IMG/VR virus record: IMGVR_UViG_3300038379_000471
Coordinates: 1 to 44,670 of that record
DNA: 44,670 bases
Origin: a virus
Taxonomy: Duplodnaviria > Caudoviricetes
Strand: one strand, 5' to 3'
The notes beneath the pieces were generated by a model. It had not been told where the DNA came from and made no database searches. It worked only from the letters and a program-made list of their open reading frames with translations. Below are positions 1 through 9,899 of this stretch, piece by piece. Each line of letters opens with the position of its first letter. Position 1 is the first letter of the stretch. A program made the translations under genes and the position numbers.

Positions 1-127
1 GGGTCGGGGTGGGCTGGCGCAGATGGGGACGGAGGATTGGGCGCTGCTGGGGGATGCTATCAATGGGCAATATGGCTATCTAGCCAACTTTGCCGCCGAA
101 ATAGAAGCCGGCGAACTATCCGGCGCC
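1..127. repeat. Terminal direct repeat, identical to 44544-44670 (circular assembly overlap)
   Basis: Exact 127-bp identity with the window end; an ORF reads through the junction. Confidence 0.97.
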
Positions 128-376
128 ATGATTGCAGCAAGAGCAGCGATGTACATGGCGGCAACAAAGGTCGCCTACGGTCTGGGCCACAAGTTGGCCG
201 CCCAAGCCGCCGGTCGCACGGAAGTGCGTTGGATGGAGGCGGATGTTGAGCATTGCCCGGATTGCAATGCTCTGGCCGCGCTCGGTTGGATGCCCATTGA
301 GGAGTTGCTGACTACGCCGGGCGCCGGCGCCACGCAGTGCATGTCTAATTGCCAATGTTACCTGAAATTTCGATGA
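1..376 (+). CDS. 3' part of MuF/SPP1 gp7-like minor head (head morphogenesis) protein, starting at 44320
   Basis: In frame with ATG 44320 across the junction; HCPDC...CMSNCQC C-terminal Cys motif; lies after the portal. Confidence 0.75.
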   Translation, partial: GRGGLAQMGTEDWALLGDAINGQYGYLANFAAEIEAGELSGAMIAARAAMYMAATKVAYGLGHKLAAQAAGRTEVRWMEADVEHCPDCNALAALGWMPIEELLTTPGAGATQCMSNCQCYLKFR

Positions 377-582
377 TCGAATTTCGATTAACTCCACGCG
401 AACAGGATGTTGCCATACTCATGGCGCAGGGATTGACCACCGCCGAGATTTCCAAGCGGCTTTGCGTCACAGAGCGAACGGCGCGTGACCACATCAATAA
501 TATCCGCGATAAGCTTGGCTGCCAGACGGTCAACCGAGCTGTTGTCAAGCTGGTTCTGCGCTTCCCTGCCACGCTTGAGTAA
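373..582 (+). CDS. LuxR/GerE-type HTH regulator
   Basis: LTPREQDVAILMAQGLTTAEISKRLCVTERTARDHINNIRDKLG matches the LuxR HTH pattern; ATGA overlap with the upstream stop suggests start 373. Confidence 0.85.
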   Translation: MIEFRLTPREQDVAILMAQGLTTAEISKRLCVTERTARDHINNIRDKLGCQTVNRAVVKLVLRFPATLE

Positions 583-689
583 AAAGATCTCCGAAACGGC
601 GGAATAAACCTCCGAAATCTCCATTACGCGCAATCCGTAAACCGGCTACGCTAAACGTAGCGGATTTTTTATTTAGTTCAGAGAATGCC

Positions 690-2036
690 ATGAATCTTAC
701 CGAGAGAATCATCAGCGCCGTTTCGTCGGCGATTGCCAGCGTCATGCAAGCCGAGGTCAAAGGCGTGAGCGTCCCGGCCAGGCGCTCGCTCACCCTGAAC
801 GCGTTGATGGAGCAGGTTTGGCAAGTAATGCAGGTGACGGACCATGGCTGGATGTCGGATCTGTTTATCGACGATGCCGGCCAGCTATATGCCATCTTTC
901 AACGCGAGGGACGCACGTACCGCGCTTCTGTGACTATCAACGGTACAGATGTGACGCTAGGCGCTCTGGAAGAGGTAGCGATCAACTATGCACCGGTCAG
1001 CCGGTCAAGCATCACCCTGCGCGAACTACCCAACGGCAACGTGCAGATCGTGATGGCGGCGGGTACGGCCGTGGTCAACCGTGTAGGCGAGATTGATAGT
1101 ACAACCCTCTATGACAACATGATTGACCATGCTGAAGAACTGGGCGATTACCCACGCATCGACTTTTATCATCTGGGCGCGCTCCATCCGCTGTTTGAGT
1201 TTGGCGAAGTCACCATGCTGGCGCGCAGTGGCGTGACCTATATTGCCGCTGGTGAGCTGGATGGTAGCAACCCGTTAACTCAAGCTTTTCTGACGCGGTA
1301 TCGGGAAAACCCAGAGCACTGGGGATGTAGTATCGAATACTATCCTCTACGCTCGCCTGAAGTAATCCGGGCCGGTGAATTGGATATTGAAGTATATCGC
1401 GATGGAATCAACACACGCATTAGCATTTTGCCAGAGGATTCAGCGGCGGCCTGGTTCACCTCCCTGACCCTGGGAGGAGAAAACATGAAACGGGAATTAG
1501 ACGAGAAGAAAAAGGCGGCGTTGCGCGAGCTGCTGGGCGGCGATGAAAACCTTAACCAGTTCTTGGCGCAGTTAGATGGCGTTGACCGAGCCGCCGAAGG
1601 CATGATCAGCCGCGAGGGCGAACAGGGTGCTACGCTTATCCCCACCATTGAGCTTGATGAGGATACGGTAGAAGCGCTGGCCAACCGCATCGCCGAGATT
1701 ATCGCGACCAAACACGACTTGGCCCAAATCAATGGCCAGGTAGAAACACTGGTCACTGGCGCGGCGGACACGCAGCGCTCAGTCGATGCGCTCACCAAAA
1801 GCGTAGCCGAGTTGCAGCAGCGCATGGCAGCTATTAGCCGCGATGAAGGCGAAAAGAAGAAGGAATGGCTTGGCGATTTGCCTGTTAAAAAAGTCGCACT
1901 GAGCTTCCGCCAAAGCCAAAGTCGCCAGGCGCAACCGGTTGGTTCGACAGACTCTCCAACCGATGAGGAACAAGAGTTCGATTTGGCGGGCCAAGCCAGC
2001 CGCGTTCTGTCCGGTCTGCACCGGGGAGGGAAATAG
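690..2036 (+). CDS. Prohead protease/scaffold protein
   Basis: Directly before the capsid gene; protease-like middle region, acidic coiled-coil C-terminus. Confidence 0.6.
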   Translation: MNLTERIISAVSSAIASVMQAEVKGVSVPARRSLTLNALMEQVWQVMQVTDHGWMSDLFIDDAGQLYAIFQREGRTYRASVTINGTDVTLGALEEVAINYAPVSRSSITLRELPNGNVQIVMAAGTAVVNRVGEIDSTTLYDNMIDHAEELGDYPRIDFYHLGALHPLFEFGEVTMLARSGVTYIAAGELDGSNPLTQAFLTRYRENPEHWGCSIEYYPLRSPEVIRAGELDIEVYRDGINTRISILPEDSAAAWFTSLTLGGENMKRELDEKKKAALRELLGGDENLNQFLAQLDGVDRAAEGMISREGEQGATLIPTIELDEDTVEALANRIAEIIATKHDLAQINGQVETLVTGAADTQRSVDALTKSVAELQQRMAAISRDEGEKKKEWLGDLPVKKVALSFRQSQSRQAQPVGSTDSPTDEEQEFDLAGQASRVLSGLHRGGK

Positions 2037-2041
2037 TAATT

Positions 2042-3568
2042 ATGTCACAATTCAAACAGCGCCTGAGTGTTGGTGGTCTTAAGGCGCCGGTGGGCCACTT
2101 TGGGCTATTCGATATTTGCACCAATCAAGACTTGATCAGTCTCAGTTATCAGGGCGTTGATCGTTTTATCGACTGGCTGGGCTTTCGCTTAACCACGGAA
2201 GAAATCGTCAAACGTGGCTTTATCGCATGGACGCGGCCTAGCTTTAGCAGCGGCTCGGCAACGGCTGGCTGGCTGGCGGATCCGTGCGCTGACGCGAACG
2301 GAGTGGACTGGGGCAAGTGCGACTTTACCTTGTCTGACTTTGCGCGTCTGCGTCGTGCTGCACCTGTGCGCGACTTGACCAAGAACTTTTCGCGCCGCTG
2401 CGCCAACGAGCCACGCTACCGGGTGGATGGCAGCCAAATTATGGACGTGCGCGAGTGGGATATGAATCTCGCCATGTCCGTGTTATTGAACGACTTTCGT
2501 CTGATGTTGGTCAACGGCAACGCGTCCACGCCCGGCCAGTTTGACGGCCTGCAGCGCCTGGTCAAGACCGGCTACACCAATGCCGACGCCAGCCTGTGTG
2601 AAATGATGGATAGTTTGGTTTTTAATTGGAACAACAACCCGTTAGCTGGTGGTAGTGGCATTACGCTAAATGGTGGAGCGGTGGCCAGCACCTACTCGCT
2701 AATCGACGTGTTGCTCTGGACACACCAGACCATCCGAACGCGCAAGATGATGAGCCCGCAACTCGCCGCGCAGCAACGCCGCGTCGGGGACGAAATCCTG
2801 CTCATGCCCAGCTTTATGGCGCGTACAGTGTTGGACGCCTACACCTGTTGGAGCGTCTGCCCTGGTCGCCAGTACAATGAGACAAATCTCAACACCTACG
2901 AAGCGCGCACGTTCCGCACTGCATTGAATGGTGGACCGTATGGTTTTGGTCAGATCACCCTGGACGGTGACGTGATCCCGATCATGGGGTATGACTGGGC
3001 AATGCAGAGTGGCGGGCGCGTCAAGCTGGCCAGCCTTACCCGCTCCAGCACAACCGCCACGGCGACCACGGTGCAAGCGCACGGGTTGACCACCGGTGAC
3101 AGCGTGACCATTAGCGGGGCAACTGGCGCCGAGTACAACATTACCGCCACGGTGACGGTCATCAGTGCGACTGTGTTTACCTACACGGTGAGCGGCACAC
3201 CGACCAGCCCCGACGCATCTACCAGCATTTACGCGAGTATCCCCGTGAAGGGAGAGGTTTATTATCTATCGGGTATGGCGGGCAACGTGCGGCTGATGGA
3301 AATTGAAGGGCTGGACTTCGCCAGTGTGGCGGACTTGGCGACCTACAACCAGTTCAACGTATTGGATGGCGGGCGTTTCCTCTCCTGGGATAACGGAGAC
3401 AATACCTGTGTCGAGTTGAATGTCGAGATGCGCCCGCGCCTTCTCAGTTGGGCGCCGTGGGCCAACGCGCGTATTCAAAATATTGCAATCAGCCAGGTTG
3501 GACAGCCGGTGGCCATGGATCCGACAAGTTTGGCTTTCCCACAGAAGACGTTCGCCTCGGCAACCTGA
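2042..3568 (+). CDS. Major capsid protein with an inserted Thr-rich beta domain
   Basis: Synteny; GQFDGLQRLV capsid-like motif; insertion at about 3010-3245. Confidence 0.75.
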   Translation: MSQFKQRLSVGGLKAPVGHFGLFDICTNQDLISLSYQGVDRFIDWLGFRLTTEEIVKRGFIAWTRPSFSSGSATAGWLADPCADANGVDWGKCDFTLSDFARLRRAAPVRDLTKNFSRRCANEPRYRVDGSQIMDVREWDMNLAMSVLLNDFRLMLVNGNASTPGQFDGLQRLVKTGYTNADASLCEMMDSLVFNWNNNPLAGGSGITLNGGAVASTYSLIDVLLWTHQTIRTRKMMSPQLAAQQRRVGDEILLMPSFMARTVLDAYTCWSVCPGRQYNETNLNTYEARTFRTALNGGPYGFGQITLDGDVIPIMGYDWAMQSGGRVKLASLTRSSTTATATTVQAHGLTTGDSVTISGATGAEYNITATVTVISATVFTYTVSGTPTSPDASTSIYASIPVKGEVYYLSGMAGNVRLMEIEGLDFASVADLATYNQFNVLDGGRFLSWDNGDNTCVELNVEMRPRLLSWAPWANARIQNIAISQVGQPVAMDPTSLAFPQKTFASAT

Positions 3569-3609
3569 TTGGAGCAAGCATAGGATGCCTGCCTTGAAGG
3601 GATCAGACT

Positions 3610-3897
3610 ATGGCTTGTTGTCATGAATTACCAGTGATAGCGGTGGGTGCATCAATGGTGCAATTGGAGTATGTCGGCGGTAACGCCGGAGATATGCAAT
3701 GGGTGGGGGCCGCCAGCGGGACGATGTACGTTTTTGGTGGCTCCCACCGGCGCAACTGGGTAAACGCTGCGGATGTGACCAATTTTCTCAATCTTCGTGA
3801 AGGCGGTCAGGTTGCGTTCCGCATAGTGCCAGAAGAGACACTGCCGGCGGGCATTGCCGAGCCGCCGGTGAGGCGCAGCAAAAAGGGGGTTGGCTAA
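3610..3897 (+). CDS. Small virion-associated protein (paralog A)
   Basis: MACC start; similar to the next gene; basic C-terminal tail. Confidence 0.65.
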   Translation: MACCHELPVIAVGASMVQLEYVGGNAGDMQWVGAASGTMYVFGGSHRRNWVNAADVTNFLNLREGGQVAFRIVPEETLPAGIAEPPVRRSKKGVG

Positions 3898-4187
3898 TGG
3901 GCTGTTGTGGGGGGAATCGCAATGTAGCTATACCAGAGCCACCGCAGGCGCCAGCCCTACCCCTTTCCGCAGTAGCCTCTGAGGGCATGACGCTTGTTCG
4001 CTTCCTGGGTAGCAACGTGGGATCTATGCAATGGAACGGGGCGCCCAGTGGCCGGGTCTATGTTTTTGGCAACAACGACCGTGACCGCGTGAAGTATGTC
4101 GAACAGCGGGATGTGGCTTGGTTTCTGGCAATCGTCGAGGGCGATCAGGCGCAGTTTGCAGAATATGGCAGCCTTGAAGTTTTTTAG
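3897..4187 (+). CDS. Small virion-associated protein (paralog B)
   Basis: MGCCGG start; shares GxNxGxMQWxGAxSGxxYVFG with the previous gene; coupled stop/start. Confidence 0.65.
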   Translation: MGCCGGNRNVAIPEPPQAPALPLSAVASEGMTLVRFLGSNVGSMQWNGAPSGRVYVFGNNDRDRVKYVEQRDVAWFLAIVEGDQAQFAEYGSLEVF

Positions 4188-4479
4188 TCGGGTGCTGGCC
4201 TGCTACCGGTTGACGCGGTTGATCGTGTTTGATGATGGGCCGTTCGATGTTTTTGCCAAACTGCGTGTATGGGCCGGAGTCTATGACTACGCGAGTAACG
4301 GGAGACAAGCCACGCAGTTAGGCCGCTTATTGGGCTGCCCTTACTGCACAGGCATATACGCTGCAGCGCTGGTCTGGTTTTTACCAGAGTGGCTAGTGAT
4401 GGTGTTGGCGGTAGCCGGTGGGCAATCTTGGTTACAAAGTATGATTACTGAACAAGGTCGAAGTAAGGCAGACAGATGA
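4165..4479 (+). CDS. DUF1360-like membrane protein
   Basis: LACYRLTRLIVFD...GRLLGCPYCTGIY pattern and hydrophobic helices; start 4165 inferred. Confidence 0.65.
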   Translation: MAALKFFSRVLACYRLTRLIVFDDGPFDVFAKLRVWAGVYDYASNGRQATQLGRLLGCPYCTGIYAAALVWFLPEWLVMVLAVAGGQSWLQSMITEQGRSKADR

Positions 4480-5108
4480 GCAAAAGCGTAACGCAAGCGG
4501 ACAAACTACTCAATTACAATGTACGCGGCACGATTCCCAGCGCGCTGACGCCTTACCTAGGGCTGCTCACCAACGTAGAGACACCTACTGAGCCAAGTGG
4601 CAACGCCTATGGTCGCATCGCCATTGGTTCCTCAAATTTTGGCAACGCCGCATCAGGCGGAAGCATTTCTAACACGGCGACAATTGTTTTCCCAACGCCA
4701 ACCGGCTCTTGGGGCGACATTATCGGGGTGGGTATCTATGATGCGTTAAGCGGTGGAAATGTGGTGCGCAAGGGCTATTTGGCCTCCACCTATCGCGTTT
4801 TCACCGGCATTGCCAGTACAGACATTTTCACCAGCCCCGGCCACACCTTTGTCAACACGGATCGGGTGGTTTTGTTAGATCTACCCAATGATGCGCTGCC
4901 CACCGGTATTACACAAGGCACGCTCTATTACGTTGTTGGCGTAAGCGGTGACACCTATCAGGTATCTACCACGAGCGGCGGGGCGGCGGTTAACTTCTCG
5001 ACGAATGGGTCGGGGCGCATTGCCAAAGTGGTGCCGTTGACGGTGACGAGTGGTCAGCCGCCATCCTTCGGGATTGGCACGCTGACCTTTGTGGAGATGT
5101 GGACATAA
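4476..5108 (+). CDS. Structural fibre/decoration protein with an inserted beta domain
   Basis: YGRIAI...ISNTATIVFPTPTGSWG..IYDALSGGN fibre-like pattern; internal GHTFVNTDRV...YYVV...YQVS domain. Confidence 0.6.
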   Translation: MSKSVTQADKLLNYNVRGTIPSALTPYLGLLTNVETPTEPSGNAYGRIAIGSSNFGNAASGGSISNTATIVFPTPTGSWGDIIGVGIYDALSGGNVVRKGYLASTYRVFTGIASTDIFTSPGHTFVNTDRVVLLDLPNDALPTGITQGTLYYVVGVSGDTYQVSTTSGGAAVNFSTNGSGRIAKVVPLTVTSGQPPSFGIGTLTFVEMWT

Positions 5109-5117
5109 GGCTGATTC

Positions 5118-5633
5118 ATGGCAACCGTCTATCCTGTTCGTCTTTTGCCCGAAAGCGCTCAATTTTTAGCGTCGGCTTTTCCCTCGCTGGGTAAAGCCAA
5201 CGGCACCAGCTTTCCAGTCATGGGGCTGTATTACGATGCCGCGACGGATGAGGCCGCCTTTTGGCATTTGCCTGATTTGTCCGATTATGGCTCTGGCAAC
5301 TGGTCGGTTGACATCGAATGGTATGCCTCTAATGCGACATCCGGCAATGTCGTGTGGGAGGTACAGATTGCCAGTATCACGCCAAACACAGACAGCGGGA
5401 GTGTCGAGACGAAGGCGCTGGGCACGCTTAACTTTGTCCAAGACACACACCTGGGCACCACGGGCAAACGCCTGCATCGCTGTACGATTACACTAAGCAA
5501 CCTGGACAGTTTTGCCGTTCTGGATGACGTTTGGTTGCGGATTGCCAGAGATGCCAATAGCACGAACGCTACGGATGACATGGCGAACGACGCGATCCTA
5601 ACGGCGGCCATTATCAGTTATAGCGATACATAG
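5118..5633 (+). CDS. Hypothetical structural protein (beta-rich)
   Basis: Co-oriented ORF in the late operon. Confidence 0.6.
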   Translation: MATVYPVRLLPESAQFLASAFPSLGKANGTSFPVMGLYYDAATDEAAFWHLPDLSDYGSGNWSVDIEWYASNATSGNVVWEVQIASITPNTDSGSVETKALGTLNFVQDTHLGTTGKRLHRCTITLSNLDSFAVLDDVWLRIARDANSTNATDDMANDAILTAAIISYSDT

Positions 5634-5640
5634 GAAACTG

Positions 5641-7551
5641 ATGGCGGTTCAATTTGATGCTTCAGGAGATAATCTAAATCGCCAATCATCTCTACCAAGC
5701 TCGACCGCTTTCACGATGGCGGGCTGGGCCTACTGGGATGTGTATGAGGCGAGTTTTCAATATTTTGCCGGCATAGAAAATGCTGTCTCCGCCTCTGGCA
5801 ACTGGATGCTGATTGGCGATAACAACGGCACGATGGAGATCACCGCCATTACGGGGGCGGCGGCGTTTGCCAGTAGGCCGGCGGTCAATACGTGGTTTTT
5901 TTGGGCGCTTTCCAACGCGGGAACCGGCGCATCTGATTTCAAAGGATACTGGGCGGGGCTAACGGATGCGGCATTCGTCACAGCGCAGGCTACCGGCCAA
6001 AGTTTTAGCACTGCCTGGATGGTGCTGGGTAACGACAGCTATGCGGAATACTGCAAAATTCGCATGGCAGGTATCAAGGTGTGGGACGCGGCGTTGACCT
6101 CCGCCGAGCTTGAGCTGGAGCGTCATCGTATTCAGCCAGTGCGCTACGCCAATCTACATCTATTTTCCCATTTGTGGGGAACGTCGGATACGCTGGACTA
6201 CAGCGGGAATGGACGCAACTGGACGACGGCGGGGACACTGGCGACGGTGGATGGGCCACCGGTGACCTGGGGCGCTCCGATTCGGGTTAACTCAATTGTG
6301 GCGGGCGGTGGAACAAACTACCCACTCACGCTAGGTGGAACGATTGCACCGGCCGGAACGATCACGAGAGTGCCAACAAAAATATTGGCTGGAGGTTTGA
6401 TTCCAGCGGGCGTTTTGATTAGGTCGTCCATAAAAGTTTTTGCAGGAGGTCTGACGCCTGGCGGTGTATTGGTCAGAGCATCAACGAAGGTTTTTGCGGG
6501 GGCGTTGACGCCATCATCGATTGTCATTCTGGCGACACTCAAGACGCTGACCGGCAACCTGACACCTAGCGGAACGTTGACAAGAACCACACTCAAAGCA
6601 TTGGCTGGCAGTCTGGCGCCGATAGGCGACTTAGCCAGAGCTACCCTTAAGGCGCTGGCGGGCAGCCTGACACCAAGCGGAACGTTGACGGTGATTAGGG
6701 TATTTTTCCTGACGCTCGCCGGCGTGCTTGCGCCAAGCGGGGGATTAGTACGTTCAACGACTAAAACATTAACAGGGGCATTGACGCCGGTTGGTGAGCT
6801 TGTCCGCAACATCGGCAAGACATTGACTGGTACGCTGGGCGCAACGGGTGGGCTTGTTCGCAACATCGGCAAGGTGTTGACTGGCAGTCTAACGCCAAGC
6901 GGCGCGTTGACGACCATCAAGTCATTTCTGATCGTGCTGGCCGGAAGCCTGACACCGAGCGGAACGATGATCCGCACAACAACAAAGGCGTTTGCCGGAA
7001 GCCTGACGCCGGTTGGAGAGCTTGTTCGCAACATCGGCAAGGTGTTGACTGGCGCCCTAACGCCAAGCGGCGCGTTGACAACAGTAAAGTCATTTCTGCT
7101 AACTCTGGCGGGCAGCCTGACGCCAAGTGGCGTTTTGACCAGGACAACCACGAAGGCGCTGGCAGGAACTTTAACACCGATAGGGAACCTGGCCAGGGGG
7201 ATTGCCAAAGTCGTGAGTGGTGCAATTTTGCCAGTTGGAACGTTGACACGAACAACTATCAAGGTTCTGGCAGGTGCGATAACGCCAAGTGGCGTACCGA
7301 CAATTGTCAAGTCATTTCTCTTGACCCTGGCTGGCAGCGTGACGCCTGTTGGGACACTTGCCAAAACAACATTCAAAACATTAATTGGCGGTCTGACGCC
7401 AACGGGGGTAGTAACCAGGGCAATCATCAAGGTTTTCTCAGGGACGGTTAGCCTGACCGGTGGGTTATTCGTGCAGATTGGTGTGGCAGCCGGCTTGGGT
7501 GTCGCAAAATTTAAGGGCATGTATCGTGCCATGTTTAAGAAGACGAGGTGA
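5641..7551 (+). CDS. LamG/ConA-like lectin domain plus about 20 imperfect 18-aa repeats (fibre-like)
   Basis: FTMAGW...IKVWDAALTSAEL LamG-like signature; KxLAGSLTPSGxLxR repeats. Confidence 0.7.
   Translation: MAVQFDASGDNLNRQSSLPSSTAFTMAGWAYWDVYEASFQYFAGIENAVSASGNWMLIGDNNGTMEITAITGAAAFASRPAVNTWFFWALSNAGTGASDFKGYWAGLTDAAFVTAQATGQSFSTAWMVLGNDSYAEYCKIRMAGIKVWDAALTSAELELERHRIQPVRYANLHLFSHLWGTSDTLDYSGNGRNWTTAGTLATVDGPPVTWGAPIRVNSIVAGGGTNYPLTLGGTIAPAGTITRVPTKILAGGLIPAGVLIRSSIKVFAGGLTPGGVLVRASTKVFAGALTPSSIVILATLKTLTGNLTPSGTLTRTTLKALAGSLAPIGDLARATLKALAGSLTPSGTLTVIRVFFLTLAGVLAPSGGLVRSTTKTLTGALTPVGELVRNIGKTLTGTLGATGGLVRNIGKVLTGSLTPSGALTTIKSFLIVLAGSLTPSGTMIRTTTKAFAGSLTPVGELVRNIGKVLTGALTPSGALTTVKSFLLTLAGSLTPSGVLTRTTTKALAGTLTPIGNLARGIAKVVSGAILPVGTLTRTTIKVLAGAITPSGVPTIVKSFLLTLAGSVTPVGTLAKTTFKTLIGGLTPTGVVTRAIIKVFSGTVSLTGGLFVQIGVAAGLGVAKFKGMYRAMFKKTR
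6310..7470 (+). repeat. Coding tandem repeat of about 54 nt (18 aa), with near-identical duplicated blocks
   Basis: For example tgacgccggttggwgagcttgtycgcaacatcggcaag at about 6782 and 7004. Confidence 0.8.
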
Positions 7552-8186
7552 ATATGATTGGCAGAATAGGAACCAATAGCGACTTGGTAATCACCAAACA
7601 TTCTAATCAAAAAACGGCGCCTTTGGCCTGGAAGATTCGCAACACGTTGCGTTGGGGATTTCTCTGGGGCTGGTTCGCTACCAAGCTGGCGCGTGCTTTT
7701 AGCAAAATGACCGGTTTGCCCGTGCTCATCTCTGAGCTTGAGCTTACCCTGCGCAAAGCCAACGGGGAGATTATTGAGTATGGTGTAGTGAGTCGCAGGG
7801 TTATTACCGATGCGGGTGTGGCTTTTATCGTGGACGCCTGGCAAAACACGGTTGAGCTAGAATCCATGCAATATCATGGCGTGGGCACTGGCACCAATGC
7901 GGAAGCGGTGGGAGATACGGCGCTGCAGACGGAGAGCACAACTATTCTCAATCCGAACAACACACGCGCTACGGGTACGCAGTCAGAACCAGCAGTTAAC
8001 CAGCTTCGCAGCACGGGCACGCTTACGTTTGACGGCGCGGGTGCAATCACCGAGCATGGCCTGTTCAGTCAGTCCGCCACGGGCGGCGGTACGCTGTTTG
8101 ACCGTTCGGTGTTCAGTGTGGTTAACGTAAACACCGCCGATTCGATTTCCGCGCAATATACCGTGACATTCACGTCAGGGTCATAA
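7548..8186 (+). CDS. Hypothetical structural protein (fibre/baseplate-like)
   Basis: GVGTGTNAEAVGDTAL...ITEHGLF pattern seen in phage fibre-attachment proteins. Confidence 0.55.
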   Translation: MNMIGRIGTNSDLVITKHSNQKTAPLAWKIRNTLRWGFLWGWFATKLARAFSKMTGLPVLISELELTLRKANGEIIEYGVVSRRVITDAGVAFIVDAWQNTVELESMQYHGVGTGTNAEAVGDTALQTESTTILNPNNTRATGTQSEPAVNQLRSTGTLTFDGAGAITEHGLFSQSATGGGTLFDRSVFSVVNVNTADSISAQYTVTFTSGS

Positions 8187-8210
8187 CCCTTCAACAAGCT
8201 CAGGGTAAAC

Positions 8211-8750
8211 ATGCTTTCAGCCGGCGCTTGGGTACGCAGTCAACAGAACAAGATTCTCTTTGTCTTGGTGGAAAGCAACGGCAACGAGGTGACTGGCTTG
8301 GGCAGCAGCTTTACGTTGCAGCTCTCCAAAAATGGCGCGGCCTTTGCGGGCAGCGCCGGAACCAAAGCCGAAGTGGGCAGCGGATGGTATTCGTACCTGT
8401 CCACGGCGGGCGAGGCTGATACGGTGGGGCCGGTGGCGGTCAAGGTGACGGGCGGCGGCATTGTCCAGCAAAACCTGGAGTATGTGGTTGAGCAGCGCAC
8501 AGCTCTAGCGATTGAATTCACCTATACCGTGACCAACATTAGCACAGGCTTCCCGATTGACGGGGTAACGGTTTGGTTTTGTACAGACAGTGGCGGGTTG
8601 AATGCTATTTGGGCAGGGGTGACGGATGCGCTGGGCGTGGCTAGGGATGGAGTTGGTTTGAAACCACGGCTAGATGGGGGGACGTATTACGTTTTTCGCC
8701 AGAAAGCTGGATTTACGTTTAGTGACCCAGATACCGAGGTGGTGAGTTAA
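8211..8750 (+). CDS. Hypothetical structural protein with two small beta-sandwich domains
   Basis: PIDGVTVW...GVTDALGVA...LDGGTYYVFRQKAGF, carboxypeptidase-regulatory-like. Confidence 0.55.
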   Translation: MLSAGAWVRSQQNKILFVLVESNGNEVTGLGSSFTLQLSKNGAAFAGSAGTKAEVGSGWYSYLSTAGEADTVGPVAVKVTGGGIVQQNLEYVVEQRTALAIEFTYTVTNISTGFPIDGVTVWFCTDSGGLNAIWAGVTDALGVARDGVGLKPRLDGGTYYVFRQKAGFTFSDPDTEVVS

Positions 8751-9898
8751 TGGCCACTTCAGGCGGTGGAACCGGCACACCGGTAACCAGTGGCGTTCTA
8801 TCTGGCGCCATTGCGCAGGCTTTGCCGGCAACTGCGCTCACCCTCTCCCGTTACGCGCAGATCATCGGCTATGACGAGTGTGCTTTTTGGGGAGTGCGTT
8901 ACGATGGACAAGAGGCTAATCTGTGCGCTACGTTTTGGACGGAGAGCCAGCGCAGGGCAATCGCCGAGGCGCTGAGGCTGGCACAGCAGATGCTAGAGGA
9001 TTTTATTCAGTATCCGTTGATGCTGACCTGGATTATCGGCACATTGACAACGGATGGCCGCTTTTATGATGAGCAGCCCATTCAGAATAGAAACCCCTTT
9101 GTCACGCGCTGGGGTATGGTGCAGGCGGCTGGCGTACAGGTGGTAAGCGCCCTGCAAGCAAACGCTGCCATTAACTACAATGACGCGAGCACGGCGGTGG
9201 TCGGGCCGCTGGCCGTCACCATTAGCAGCACAGATGAGGTGCGGATTTACTATGCCGGTAGCGACCGATTGATTACGCCGTCAAAATTGACTTATGTTAG
9301 CGGGAATTTGACCATTGAGATTCCACGTTGCCGATTGGTCAAGCCGGAATTGTTTGGGGCGATTACACAAAATGTAGGGATTGAGAAGGGGACAGTCGGC
9401 AACTTTGTTACGTCAGTAGACGTGAAGCGGGTTTACAGCGATCCATCCACTAATGCGCAGTTGGTGCGCAACCATCCGTGCAGCGCGGGCTGTTCGTCAC
9501 AAGGCTGCACACAGTACAGCGATGCGGCGTGTATGGTGGTGAACCAAGCCAGGCTTGGCATTGTCGAGATTTATCCGGCCACCTACGCCAACAGCACATG
9601 GGCACGGCGCACTACGCTTTGTTGCGATGGCTGGCAAACCTTGCGGCTCAATTATCAGGCGGGGGTGCGCGCGTTGTCGGCCAGTATGGAGCAGGTATTG
9701 GTGCGCTTGGCACATAGCCTTATGCCAGAGGAGCCGTGTTCTTGTGCAACGGTAAAGGAGCTTTGGAGGCGTGACCGGCAAGTGCCAGAGATTCTAAGCC
9801 AGGCGCGGCTACAGGCGCCATTTGGCACAAGCGAGGGTGCGTACTTTGCGTACCAGTGGGCAAAAGGTGCGGCGCTACTCAAGGGCGGGTTGGGTTGA
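8750..9898 (+). CDS. Head-tail adaptor/connector-like protein
   Basis: Synteny; AQQMLEDFIQYPL and LRLNYQAG adaptor-like motifs; Cys-rich insert. Confidence 0.55.
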   Translation: MATSGGGTGTPVTSGVLSGAIAQALPATALTLSRYAQIIGYDECAFWGVRYDGQEANLCATFWTESQRRAIAEALRLAQQMLEDFIQYPLMLTWIIGTLTTDGRFYDEQPIQNRNPFVTRWGMVQAAGVQVVSALQANAAINYNDASTAVVGPLAVTISSTDEVRIYYAGSDRLITPSKLTYVSGNLTIEIPRCRLVKPELFGAITQNVGIEKGTVGNFVTSVDVKRVYSDPSTNAQLVRNHPCSAGCSSQGCTQYSDAACMVVNQARLGIVEIYPATYANSTWARRTTLCCDGWQTLRLNYQAGVRALSASMEQVLVRLAHSLMPEEPCSCATVKELWRRDRQVPEILSQARLQAPFGTSEGAYFAYQWAKGAALLKGGLG

Positions 9899-9899
9899 T

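Noticed and set aside
1-127. Biological terminal repeat
   Set aside because: 127 bp equals a common assembler k-mer and falls mid-gene, so it is most likely a circular assembly overlap
6318-7844. 508-aa minus-strand ORF
   Set aside because: Antisense shadow of the repetitive fibre gene
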